This document shows positions 31,008 to 40,044 of a stretch of 64,000 nt of DNA, in pieces. The position numbers and the translations under genes are program-made. The notes beneath the pieces are model-generated. The model did not search any database and was not told the origin of the DNA. It saw nothing but the letters and a program-made list of their open reading frames with translations. Within the stretch, counting starts at the first letter, position 1, and the number at the start of each line of letters is the position of its first letter. The stretch is taken from NCBI GenBank assembly GCA_045562575.1, contig JBJKVQ010000040.1:3791-67790 (forward strand), given 5' to 3'. Origin of the DNA: Dehalococcoidia bacterium (GTDB taxonomy: Bacteria > Chloroflexota > Dehalococcoidia > Lucifugimonadales > UBA6952).

Positions 31008-31676
31008 CTACATTGTAAGCCAATTATTTAAAACTCTTATAGAGTCTTCATCTCCAATAAATACTAATTCATCTCCAATATCGATAGTTGTATTATCATC
31101 AATGTTTTTTGAATTTCCACGTCCATCTATCATCATTAAAATGGAGGTGTCTTGTGGCAATTGTATATCATTTATTTTAATACCAATAACATTACTTTCT
31201 AATTCAACGTGAACACGAAATATTTTACGTTGTGAATTTTCTGATAAAGGCATTTCAAAAAATGATGGTTTATGTGCATCAGGAATACTCTCTTCTAAAT
31301 CCTGGAGGATTACATCAGTATGGTTAATTATGACATCAACACCCAATTGTTTGAATAAGGTCTCATTTTCTGGATTATTTACTAGAGCTATGGTTTTAGG
31401 AATATTAAATGATAATTTTGCAACTTGGCACCCAATTAAATTAGAAGAGTCATCGCCTGTTACTGCAATTAATAAATCTGCTCTTCTAACTCCGGCTTTT
31501 TCTAAGCTAGCAGGGTTTGTCCCATCAGCCTGTAAGGCCACACTTCCAAAAGCATTAACTACTGAAGTATAACGAACTGCATCAGGTTCAAACACCAAAA
31601 CTTCATTACCGCTTGCTAAAAGCTCCGATACTAAGTTATATCCAATTGTTCCACATCCTAATATTAAGGCGTACAT
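31008..31676 (-). CDS. TrkA/KtrA-type RCK protein (TrkA_N + TrkA_C)
   Basis: ILGCGTIGYNL dinucleotide motif plus a C-terminal RCK_C-like domain. Confidence 0.8.
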   Translation of the reverse strand: MYALILGCGTIGYNLVSELLASGNEVLVFEPDAVRYTSVVNAFGSVALQADGTNPASLEKAGVRRADLLIAVTGDDSSNLIGCQVAKLSFNIPKTIALVNNPENETLFKQLGVDVIINHTDVILQDLEESIPDAHKPSFFEMPLSENSQRKIFRVHVELESNVIGIKINDIQLPQDTSILMMIDGRGNSKNIDDNTTIDIGDELVFIGDEDSIRVLNNWLTM

Positions 31677-31690
31677 ATATTTCCTTTACT

Positions 31691-32086
31691 TCATCTTATT
31701 GAATCCAGAACAATATCAGATATTAAGCTTGTGGTACTAATAACATTTAAACCTAACTTACGATATATTCCATCTTTTTTTGGATCAGAAACTAAACATA
31801 ATATGGTTTTCACGTTATATAATGACTTTACTTTTTGTGAAGCCAATATATTTCGATTGTCATTAGGTTCTAATGCTAAAAATATATCACTTTCTGTTAT
31901 GCCAACACTCTCTAAATCAGTCGAAACAGTGCCGTCTCCTATTATTGTTTTGATATTTTCGGTTTCATCAATGATTAAGAAATTATCTGCATGAACATCA
32001 ATAATAGATATATTATTTTCTTTATTTGCCATCTTTTCAGCTACATTAATAGCGATTCCATTGCAGCCCATGATAACAATATTCAT
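31691..32086 (-). CDS. TrkA_N-only RCK-like protein with degenerate glycine motif
   Basis: 131 aa. IMGCNGIAINV stands in place of GxGxxG, and there is no RCK_C domain. Confidence 0.6.
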   Translation of the reverse strand: MNIVIMGCNGIAINVAEKMANKENNISIIDVHADNFLIIDETENIKTIIGDGTVSTDLESVGITESDIFLALEPNDNRNILASQKVKSLYNVKTILCLVSDPKKDGIYRKLGLNVISTTSLISDIVLDSIR

Positions 32087-32098
32087 AAAACACCTTTG

Positions 32099-32524
32099 TT
32101 ACAATTTTTCATTTCTATATAATAACACCGGACAATGAGCATTTTCTAAAACGTATGGAACAGTATAACCTAATGTAAAAGAACCGTGTGCTCTTTTATA
32201 CTCTGATGACATAATAATCAAACTAGCATCTCGATCCACAGCTTCTTGTATAATAGCTAACCCAGCTTCTCTTGCTTGTAATAACTCAGCTTCAACTCGA
32301 AGATTAGTTTTTTTTGCTTGTGATTCAATTGTAGTTAAAATACTGTCTCCCACATTAAAATCTGGTGTTAGATCTGCATCTAATGGCAAATGACGACCAA
32401 CTTCAATAACATGAAAAATAAATACTTGTCCTTTATTTTGCTGAGCCATAAGCTTAGCTAGATTAATAGCATGATTATCGCTAGAATCTCCAATTACAGG
32501 TACCACTATAGTATATTTGCTCAT
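32099..32524 (-). CDS. universal stress protein (UspA family)
   Basis: 141 aa with the Usp fold pattern (IVVPVIGDS...; LIIMSS...HGSFTLGYTV..VLENAHCPVLL). Confidence 0.8.
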   Translation of the reverse strand: MSKYTIVVPVIGDSSDNHAINLAKLMAQQNKGQVFIFHVIEVGRHLPLDADLTPDFNVGDSILTTIESQAKKTNLRVEAELLQAREAGLAIIQEAVDRDASLIIMSSEYKRAHGSFTLGYTVPYVLENAHCPVLLYRNEKL

Positions 32525-32542
32525 ATATCACCCAATTGATAT

Positions 32543-33214
32543 CTAATTATTAATGTCTTCAGAGCGCATTCGGTCTAATAAATCATCTCTTCCTGCAATA
32601 AACAAAACATCATTTTCTCGTATTGATTCATCCTTTGCTGGAAATATTATCGGATCCTTTCCTCTGCGAATAGCTAAAACTGACACACCATATTTATCTC
32701 TAGTGCCACCTAATCCTGATTCTTCAATAGTTTTACCGACTACATTCGTAGGTGGTTTGACTCTACTAATACCAAACTTAGATGCTACAGATAGGTAATC
32801 TTGAACATCAGGATTGAACAATGTGTGAGCCATCCGAACACCTGCATCATGTTCAGGATTAACTACTTTATCTGCACCTACCCTTTCAAGAGTCTGCGAA
32901 TGTAACGTATTATTCGATCTAGCAATAACTTGTTTTACGCCAAGTGTTTTTAATAGGATTGTCGTCATGATGTTAGCTTGTATATCAGAGCCTATAGCAA
33001 CTATTCCTAAATCATAGTTTGCTATACCCAAATCACGTAATACAGCTTCACTTGTTGAGTCGCCTTTAACCATATAGGTTAATTGTCCTTGTAAGTTTTC
33101 AATTACATGGTCACTACTATCAAGCGCCAATACATCAAATCCAAGTGTATCTAATTCTTGTGCTAAACTTATTCCAAACCTTCCTAAACCAACTACTATA
33201 GCTTTTCTTGCCAT
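32543..33214 (-). CDS. KtrA/TrkA potassium-uptake regulatory subunit (RCK_N + RCK_C)
   Basis: IVVGLGRFGISLAQEL motif, a C-terminal RCK_C domain, and adjacency to trkH. Confidence 0.85.
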   Translation of the reverse strand: MARKAIVVGLGRFGISLAQELDTLGFDVLALDSSDHVIENLQGQLTYMVKGDSTSEAVLRDLGIANYDLGIVAIGSDIQANIMTTILLKTLGVKQVIARSNNTLHSQTLERVGADKVVNPEHDAGVRMAHTLFNPDVQDYLSVASKFGISRVKPPTNVVGKTIEESGLGGTRDKYGVSVLAIRRGKDPIIFPAKDESIRENDVLFIAGRDDLLDRMRSEDINN

Positions 33215-33236
33215 CTGAATTTCCTTTTCTTAGTAT

Positions 33237-34682
33237 TTATCCGATTCTAATTCTTTCTTCTGAATAGCGATATAATGCTGTATAACGACTCCTACCTAAT
33301 GCTAATGCGATTGTTAAGGGGCCAACTCGACCTATAAACATCGTAAAGATTATTAATAATTGGCCTATGTCAGATAAGGATGAAGTGATACCGGTTGATA
33401 GGCCTACAGTTCCAAATGCAGAAATCACTTCGAATAATACTTTGCTATAGGTAATATTTTCGGTAATAACTAATAAAATTGCAATTGTGAAAATAAACAT
33501 AATGGCAATAAATGAAAGAGAAAAAGCTCTTACTACTAATGAATTCGGAATTTCTCTGCCATAAGCCTCAACATAAGTTTTACCTTTACTAGCGGTCATT
33601 ATTGCTAGTACTATAACAGCAAAAGTAGTAACTTTTATTCCTCCTGCGACAGAACCAGAGGCACCTCCAATAAACATTAATCCTGCATACAAAATATTGG
33701 TATACTCTCTTGTTTCACTAAAATCTATTGATGAAAACCCAGCAGTTCTTCCACTTATCGATTGAAAAAGAGAAGTACTGATTTTTTCTAGAGTATTTTG
33801 ATCTTTAAACGTTTCTGGATTGCCTGATTCAGTTATAAGAAAAAACAATGTTCCTACCACTATTAAACTTAAGGTAGTTACAAGAACTAATTTTGTATCT
33901 AAAGATAATCGCTTAAATCGTTTGAATTTTAATAATTCGAGAATTACAGGATAACTTAAGCTTCCCAGAAAAATCGTAAAAGCTATAAATAGTAACGTTA
34001 TGTGATCTTGAAAAAAGAAAGTTAAGCTTGGACTATCAGGAATTATGGTAAAACCAGCATTATTATATGAAGATATCGATAAAAAAATAGATTGCCAGAT
34101 AACATCACCATTATTCTCAAATAAAGGCATGAAACGATAATAATAAAATATAGCAGCAGCTAACTGGATCATTATACCTAAAGCTGCAACTTGTATAGTA
34201 ATTCTTAATACGTTTGAAGAGCCAATCATCTCTTTAATTGGTTGATTTTCCCACAATACTAATTGATTACTTGAAGTAAATTGTTGAGCAACAACTACCA
34301 ACAAAAAGGTTGCAGTACTCATAAAAGTAGCACCACCTAGGAACATGAGAATTGATATTACTATCTCCCCGGAAAAACTCCAATATTCTGCAGTATTAAC
34401 AGTAACCAATCCAGTTAAAGTTGCTGCTGATGTAGATGTAAATAAAGCAGTTATAAATGGGGTAAATTCATTAGTATTGTTTGCAAATGGTAACCAGAGA
34501 AACAAAGTACCTAGAGAAATAATAAACCCAAAAACGTAAATGATAAGTAGTGGGGACTCTAATCTCCTCGATCCAACAGAAGTATTAGAATATGATTCTT
34601 GAATTATTTCAGTTTCAAATTCTTTAGTACGAGGTTTCCTAACAACCTTGTCACCAATTCTAATAATGCTGCTTTTTTGCAT
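33237..34682 (-). CDS. trkH: TrkH/KtrB-family potassium transporter
   Basis: 481-aa polytopic protein with repeated M1-P-M2 pore-loop glycine motifs (SAATLTGL, SSYNNAGF, SGRTAGF, SAFGTVGLS). Confidence 0.88.
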   Translation of the reverse strand: MQKSSIIRIGDKVVRKPRTKEFETEIIQESYSNTSVGSRRLESPLLIIYVFGFIISLGTLFLWLPFANNTNEFTPFITALFTSTSAATLTGLVTVNTAEYWSFSGEIVISILMFLGGATFMSTATFLLVVVAQQFTSSNQLVLWENQPIKEMIGSSNVLRITIQVAALGIMIQLAAAIFYYYRFMPLFENNGDVIWQSIFLSISSYNNAGFTIIPDSPSLTFFFQDHITLLFIAFTIFLGSLSYPVILELLKFKRFKRLSLDTKLVLVTTLSLIVVGTLFFLITESGNPETFKDQNTLEKISTSLFQSISGRTAGFSSIDFSETREYTNILYAGLMFIGGASGSVAGGIKVTTFAVIVLAIMTASKGKTYVEAYGREIPNSLVVRAFSLSFIAIMFIFTIAILLVITENITYSKVLFEVISAFGTVGLSTGITSSLSDIGQLLIIFTMFIGRVGPLTIALALGRSRYTALYRYSEERIRIG

Positions 34683-34833
34683 TAATTCTCCTATTGTAGG
34701 TTATTATACAAAACAAGATTTATTACCATTCAATTATCATACAAAATTATTATTATTATTTTACGAATGTGGCATTGTATTCTTTCTTGAATTTTCTGTC
34801 AATTAAAGTGCCATTTTCTAACCTAAGATGGTA

Positions 34834-34862
34834 TTGACTCTAATGTTAAGGTGCAGTATCAT
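34834..34862 (+). promoter_or_regulatory. sigma70-type promoter of the hot-dog hydratase operon
   Basis: TTGACT (34834-34839), 17 nt spacer, TATCAT (34857-34862). Confidence 0.5.
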
Positions 34863-34983
34863 CCCTCTACTAAGTAGCTTTTGGGGTAAATAAAGACAAG
34901 AAATAGGTCGTTTTCCGGAGTGTTTTTATTATCCTTTTTATGTCTCAAGAGAAGAAAATTCGACTATGAAGGAAGGAGAGGTC

Positions 34984-35544
34984 ATGACTTCAAATGGAGA
35001 AAGTAAATTAACTGATGAGATAAAAGCTCTAATAGGTGCTGAGGGTGAAGAACACGAAGTCACTGTCTGGGGGGTTGAAAAAGAAGGTTTGCGAAGATTT
35101 ACACAAGCCGTAATGGATCCAGATCCTAGACACTTTGATGAAAAATTTGCAAAATCCACAAAATTTGGAGAAACTACCACCCCTGGAATTTATGTAACCT
35201 ATCTTAATAGAACACATCCTCGTGAGGACGATCCTGTTACCAGAGCTTTTAGAGAAAATCCAGTCTCAGACGGTATTGGTGGTGTAAGAACCAGTAGTCG
35301 ACCTGGTGCTCTTCCAGATATACCAACAGATCTTGTTCGAGTATTAAATGCTGGAAACGAGATTGAAGTATATAAATACCCATCAATGGGCGATAGAGTA
35401 TATGCTAAAAATAAATACCATAATATAACAGAACGTGTAGGTCGAGACGGTTCTCATATGTTAATTATCACTATGGAAACAACATATAGAAATCAAGATG
35501 GTACATTACTGTGTATCACACGATCTTCAAGCTTTAGAAGATAA
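34984..35544 (+). CDS. MaoC_dehydrat_N-type hot-dog protein (non-catalytic-partner type), paralog 1
   Basis: Its N-terminus MTSNGESKLTDEIKALIG aligns with the paralog at 36408. AGGAG lies 5 nt upstream of ATG 34984, whereas the track start 34966 lacks an SD. Confidence 0.7.
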   Translation: MTSNGESKLTDEIKALIGAEGEEHEVTVWGVEKEGLRRFTQAVMDPDPRHFDEKFAKSTKFGETTTPGIYVTYLNRTHPREDDPVTRAFRENPVSDGIGGVRTSSRPGALPDIPTDLVRVLNAGNEIEVYKYPSMGDRVYAKNKYHNITERVGRDGSHMLIITMETTYRNQDGTLLCITRSSSFRR

Positions 35545-35571
35545 ATACATTTTTAAGAAAGGAGAATAGTT

Positions 35572-36072
35572 ATGCCTACTCAAGAAGAGTTAAGAAATAA
35601 AGAACAAACATATTACGACGATGTCGAAGTTGGCCAAGACTTACCACCATATATTATAGGCCCAATGACTCCGACTCATCTATTTAGATGGAGTGCTGCT
35701 ATAGAAAACTGGCACAGGATTCACTATGATCAGGACTTCAGTATTTATCACGATGGTCTCCCAAATATTTTGGCTCAAGGTTCATGGAAACAAAGTGTAA
35801 TGCCTCAATATTTAAAAGACCTCTGCCTGCCAAATGGTTGGGCTTGGAAAGTTCAATTTCAGCACAGAGCTATGATTGTCCCTGGAGACACGATTACAGT
35901 CTCAGCAAAAGTTACAAACAAATATGAAAAAGATGGATTAGGGTTTGTTGAAATAGAGACAGGAATGACAAACCAAGATGGTATTAATACATGTCCAGGA
36001 AATGGAACAATTGTATTACCAATAAAAGGTGGTAGAGAAATACCTTACCCTTTTGTTGCTCCACAAGAATAA
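35572..36072 (+). CDS. MaoC-like (R)-hydratase/dehydratase hot-dog subunit
   Basis: 166 aa. Hydratase-2-like segment FRWSAAIENWHRIHYDQDF with the His retained. AAGGAG SD present. Confidence 0.7.
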   Translation: MPTQEELRNKEQTYYDDVEVGQDLPPYIIGPMTPTHLFRWSAAIENWHRIHYDQDFSIYHDGLPNILAQGSWKQSVMPQYLKDLCLPNGWAWKVQFQHRAMIVPGDTITVSAKVTNKYEKDGLGFVEIETGMTNQDGINTCPGNGTIVLPIKGGREIPYPFVAPQE

Positions 36073-36109
36073 TTAACATTTAAACAAACTTTTTATTAAG
36101 GAGGCAATT

Positions 36110-36388
36110 ATGCCACGTTGGTTAGCAATAGGTACTGCTGATGGATGGGATAATCCAGAAAAATTTAGAGAACAAATGGCTGCTACAAAAAATTGGAGAC
36201 CAGATGCTCGTACAACAATTACTACAGTTCTACATTTAGGTGACGGTAAGTTACTTGCAGAGTGTCATGCACCTTCACAGGATGCATTCGATGCATGGTT
36301 AGAACAAAAGGGATGGAATATTGAAAGTATTACCCCTATACAACAAATCGCAAAAACTGGAAGTATTTGGGATGGTCAAAAACCATAA
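36110..36388 (+). CDS. small hypothetical protein (possibly DUF4242/DUF3303-like alpha+beta fold)
   Basis: 92-aa ORF with a strong TAAGGAGG SD. The only hint at a family is the pattern ...LAECHAPSQDAFDAWLEQKGW.IESITPI. Confidence 0.45.
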   Translation: MPRWLAIGTADGWDNPEKFREQMAATKNWRPDARTTITTVLHLGDGKLLAECHAPSQDAFDAWLEQKGWNIESITPIQQIAKTGSIWDGQKP

Positions 36389-36407
36389 CCCCTAAGGAGG
36401 CAATATT

Positions 36408-36962
36408 ATGACGACATCTGAAACTAAATTAACAGATGAAGTAAAAGCAATGATTGGTGTTGAGGGTGAATTAGCTGAGGCTTCTTGGTACTTGATCGAA
36501 AACGAAGGAGTACGTAGATTCACACAAGCTGTTATGGATCCAGATCCTAGATTTTGGGATGAAGAATACGCAAAAAATAGTAAATTTGGCAAATTAGTAA
36601 CACCTCCAATTTATGTTAGCTATCAAGCAAAAACCCCACCATGGGGCGGCGACCCAGTAACACAAGCTTTTAAAGAAAACCCTGTCGCGGATGGAGTAGC
36701 ACAACTCAAAGAAAGACCCAAGGGATCTTTACCTCGTGTTCCTACTGACTTAGTAAGAAACCTCAATGCAGGTAATGACTTGGAAATATTTCAATACCCG
36801 AGTCGAGGAGACAGAATCTACAAACAACAACGTTATGCAAATATTATTGAACGTGTTGGGCGGGATGGTTCACATATGTTGATTATTACAACAGAGGTAA
36901 ATTTCTATAATCAAAAGGGCGATAAACTTTGTACTACACGCGCTTCAGGATTTAGAAGATAG
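36408..36962 (+). CDS. MaoC_dehydrat_N-type hot-dog protein, paralog 2
   Basis: 184 aa, collinear with 34984-35544 and sharing long identical blocks (RRFTQAVMDPDPR, ERVGRDGSHMLIIT). TAAGGAGG SD. Confidence 0.7.
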   Translation: MTTSETKLTDEVKAMIGVEGELAEASWYLIENEGVRRFTQAVMDPDPRFWDEEYAKNSKFGKLVTPPIYVSYQAKTPPWGGDPVTQAFKENPVADGVAQLKERPKGSLPRVPTDLVRNLNAGNDLEIFQYPSRGDRIYKQQRYANIIERVGRDGSHMLIITTEVNFYNQKGDKLCTTRASGFRR

Positions 36963-36980
36963 TAATATCATACAAAGAAA

Positions 36981-37013
36981 GGGAAGAGGTTATCTCTTCC
37001 CTTTTTATTTTTT
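36981..37013 (+). terminator. rho-independent terminator of the hot-dog operon
   Basis: Stem GGGAAGAG (36981-36988) pairs with CTCTTCCC (36994-37001) around loop GTTAT, followed by TTTTTATTTTTT. Confidence 0.8.
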
Positions 37014-37041
37014 GATTCATTAAGTCAAGGAGTACTTTCTG

Positions 37042-37797
37042 ATGGATGATGTGATCTGTTTCATTACAGATAATAATGACCGTAAACCTCAGAAAATTTC
37101 TACGCGGCCACGTTTACCGCAAGCGTCTTTGCATTGCCCTCCGATTACTGCAGGTAATGAACTTGGACTTGTCGTATACCCAAATAGTAGTTCTAATTGG
37201 GAAATTCAAAGAGTACCAGAATATATTCAAATAACCTATACACCTGAAAATCCAGCAACAGATATACCCTTCATACTCTCAGTTGGTGAAGATGGTTCAC
37301 GAATGGTCCAACTAATCCCAAAAGATCCAAACGAACCAACAACCCAAGAAGATTATCAAAAAGCAATGAAAAATATTGATACTCTTTTTAATGATTTTCA
37401 TACTCCAGCAGGAGCAATTACCCTAAAAGCCAATTGCTGGTTTCAAACTCCTGAAAACTGGGATTCTGTCTGGATGGGAATAACCAATCAATTTGACCCT
37501 CCTTTTCCAGATACATATACTGTCAGAGTACAAACTGATTGGTACTCAGCCTCCACAACCGTTGAAATTCGTTATCAAATGAAAATAGGTCAAATTATAA
37601 AAGTATCCAAAGAAAATCCTATAGGTATGGTTACATTTTTAGAGCGTGAAAATATTAATATTAGGTATAGGGAATACTCTGACGAACTCATTACCAAACA
37701 AAATGAACAAAAAAATGAGAAACTAGATAAATCCTACATCATCACAGAAAAAAATCTCACACCTCATAATATTTGGTACCAGACAAATAAGAAATAA
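37042..37797 (+). CDS. hypothetical protein (pattern reminiscent of the DUF6065 family; unverified)
   Basis: 251-aa ORF with AAGGAG upstream. HCPPITAG...GLVVYP and ...TVRVQTDWYSASTTVEIRY blocks are recalled from DUF6065-type proteins. No catalytic motif was recognised. Confidence 0.5.
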   Translation: MDDVICFITDNNDRKPQKISTRPRLPQASLHCPPITAGNELGLVVYPNSSSNWEIQRVPEYIQITYTPENPATDIPFILSVGEDGSRMVQLIPKDPNEPTTQEDYQKAMKNIDTLFNDFHTPAGAITLKANCWFQTPENWDSVWMGITNQFDPPFPDTYTVRVQTDWYSASTTVEIRYQMKIGQIIKVSKENPIGMVTFLERENINIRYREYSDELITKQNEQKNEKLDKSYIITEKNLTPHNIWYQTNKK

Positions 37798-38595
37798 TTA
37801 TCCCATCTCTTGTATTTTTGCTACTAATAGAGGAAGAATATCTCCAGTTGCTCCAGCAATTTGAGTTGTAACAATATCTGATATTGGTGTTCTTTCTGGA
37901 TTAATTTCAACTATATACGCGCCATTCATGTAGGCCTCTGTAGGAAATGAGGCAGCAGGATAAACTGTACCTGATGTACCTAAGACTAACATTGCATCAC
38001 AATTTTGTGCTGCAGTAATACATCTAGCAAGAACATCTGATGGAATAGGTTCTCCAAACATTACTCCATCTCCCTTGATCATACCCTGACAATTTGGACA
38101 TTTAGGTGGAATATCTATAACCATAAATTCATCCCGTAAAAATCTACTCGAACAATCTAAACAACGATAATAATTCCTATTTCCATGAATTTCTGCAACA
38201 TTATTATTACCAGCTATTCTATGTAAACCATCAACATTTTGGGTAATTATTGTATCTAATTTACCTATTTTTTCTAATTCAACTAATGCAAAATGACCTG
38301 GGTTAGGTTTTGCTTCAGCCAATGCTTTTGTAAATTTTGCACGCTCAGGTGATTCTTCATTGACGCGATCAGGATTCAACATACGTTCCCACCATAATTT
38401 GGGATCATTCATAAAATTTTGAAAACTTCTGGGGTCTGGTTCGCCAATTTTGGTCCAAATACCACCTGATCCTCTATATGTCGGTATCCCACTTTCAGCG
38501 CTCATTCCGGCACCAACTAATGCAACAACATGACTAGCTTCATAAATTTTCTCTGCAGCTATATCAATTAACTTGTTTATTTTATCCGTAGTCAT
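37798..38595 (-). CDS. cobB: NAD-dependent protein deacylase (Sir2/CobB family)
   Basis: GAGMSAESGIPTYRG, QNVDGLH, catalytic HGN, and Zn ribbon CLDC...CPNC. Confidence 0.85.
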   Translation of the reverse strand: MTTDKINKLIDIAAEKIYEASHVVALVGAGMSAESGIPTYRGSGGIWTKIGEPDPRSFQNFMNDPKLWWERMLNPDRVNEESPERAKFTKALAEAKPNPGHFALVELEKIGKLDTIITQNVDGLHRIAGNNNVAEIHGNRNYYRCLDCSSRFLRDEFMVIDIPPKCPNCQGMIKGDGVMFGEPIPSDVLARCITAAQNCDAMLVLGTSGTVYPAASFPTEAYMNGAYIVEINPERTPISDIVTTQIAGATGDILPLLVAKIQEMG

Positions 38596-38598
38596 ACG

Positions 38599-40002
38599 TT
38601 ATAAATTAATAATACCTTTATCACCATCTATAGTAATCTTTGTACCAAATGGTTCTGAAAGTGATTGAAAACGTTCTAATACTTGTTTTGCTACTTGCCC
38701 CGAAGCTAATACAGGACGACCTCTCTGAGACCTTTCCTTTCCATACCCAAGATCTATTGGTAATAGTTCTAATTTTATCATTTCACCCTTTTCGAACTGA
38801 ACAGTAGCTACAGCACTTTCCCATCTAATTGGCTCAATTGTCTGGCCTCTATTAGCTATTTTATCAGCAGTATATGCGCTTCCATCACGAGCATCATAAA
38901 AATCAGCAGGTGTCCCTTCCCAACTCAAATTTTGTCGGATCAAGTTATCATGAGGCATAAGTTCAACAGTATCGTTTTGCAATATAAAATCACCCAGGCT
39001 ATAAAAAATTGGTTTTCCTTTATAAATTTCTATACCTCTATCTTGATGTGGGCCGTGACCTATAAACATATCAGCCCCAGCATCAATTACAGCATGTGCA
39101 AGAACTTTTATATGATCAGATGGTTCATTTTCTGTTGCGCCACCTTCATGATTATGTACGGTAAATAGTACCCAATCACTCATTCGTTTTGCATCAGATA
39201 CACGTTCTAAATTCCTTTTGAGATCCGATTCATTTATATAGGTACGTTTCTGAATTGAACTACCTTTTACAAATTTTGTATAAGATTCGTCTTGATAACT
39301 AGCATGGTCTAAGAAATACACTAAATCGTCAGAAGGAGGGCTTAATTTATCAGAATTATCTTCAAATTCAGCACCTTTTGCAGCTCGATTTTTCATGGTT
39401 TCGGACCAACCAAGTTTATCAGCAACTAGCTTTAGGCCTTTGATCATTTCTTCATCTACGTTCCATTCTGTCGTCCAACGAATATAATTTGGACCTGGTC
39501 GACCACGAACATCTCGTCTTTGATCTCCAGCTCTTCCTCCTGGAGGTCCACTAGTTGTAGCTGAAATCAATGCAACACGACCCGCATTGGTATCTAAATA
39601 CGTTGGTGCAGTTGCTGAAGCTAAATTATGACCAGTTCCAGCGTATGGCAGACCATATTTATCTAAATTTTCTATGTTGGTTAAAACACCATTTTCTCCA
39701 AAATCCCACGCATGGTTATTTGCAGTGGCAACAATATCAAAACCCATCCATTTTAAATCTTCTATATATTGAGGATCGCATCTCATATATGTCCCACCAG
39801 GAACAGTTGAAGGGGCATCTTCATAATTATGGAATAACATTTCTGCATTGGTAAATGAAACATCAGCATTAGTTATGACATCTTTCAACGCAAGAAATTG
39901 TTTTTCCGTAAAAACTTTCATCTGCCGAGAAATTAATGACTCTCCAGTGATCGCCATTGTTACATTTCTTTTTTCTGCATCATAAATCATAATTTCCCCC
40001 AT
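38599..40002 (-). CDS. CapA/PGA_cap-family metallophosphatase-like protein
   Basis: 467 aa. Motifs ATANNHAWDFG and VHNHEG...GHGPH are typical of CapA-like proteins. Confidence 0.65.
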   Translation of the reverse strand: MGEIMIYDAEKRNVTMAITGESLISRQMKVFTEKQFLALKDVITNADVSFTNAEMLFHNYEDAPSTVPGGTYMRCDPQYIEDLKWMGFDIVATANNHAWDFGENGVLTNIENLDKYGLPYAGTGHNLASATAPTYLDTNAGRVALISATTSGPPGGRAGDQRRDVRGRPGPNYIRWTTEWNVDEEMIKGLKLVADKLGWSETMKNRAAKGAEFEDNSDKLSPPSDDLVYFLDHASYQDESYTKFVKGSSIQKRTYINESDLKRNLERVSDAKRMSDWVLFTVHNHEGGATENEPSDHIKVLAHAVIDAGADMFIGHGPHQDRGIEIYKGKPIFYSLGDFILQNDTVELMPHDNLIRQNLSWEGTPADFYDARDGSAYTADKIANRGQTIEPIRWESAVATVQFEKGEMIKLELLPIDLGYGKERSQRGRPVLASGQVAKQVLERFQSLSEPFGTKITIDGDKGIINL

Positions 40003-40044
40003 TCGCTATTAACATACTTAATGAATTATCATACAAACAATAAA

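Noticed and set aside
34938-35180. Minus-strand 80-aa ORF similar to 36392-36592 (GSGSITACVNLR.PSFS).
   Set aside because: These are antisense shadows of the conserved RRFTQAVMDPDPR block shared by the two hot-dog paralogs.
37798-38595. Sir2-domain protein considered as an anti-phage defence effector (Thoeris/DSR-like).
   Set aside because: It has the full housekeeping sirtuin architecture: GAGxSxxSGIPxxRG, catalytic HG and a CxxC...CxxC Zn ribbon, in about 265 aa. There is no fused sensor or TIR/SLOG partner, and it sits in a metabolic operon.
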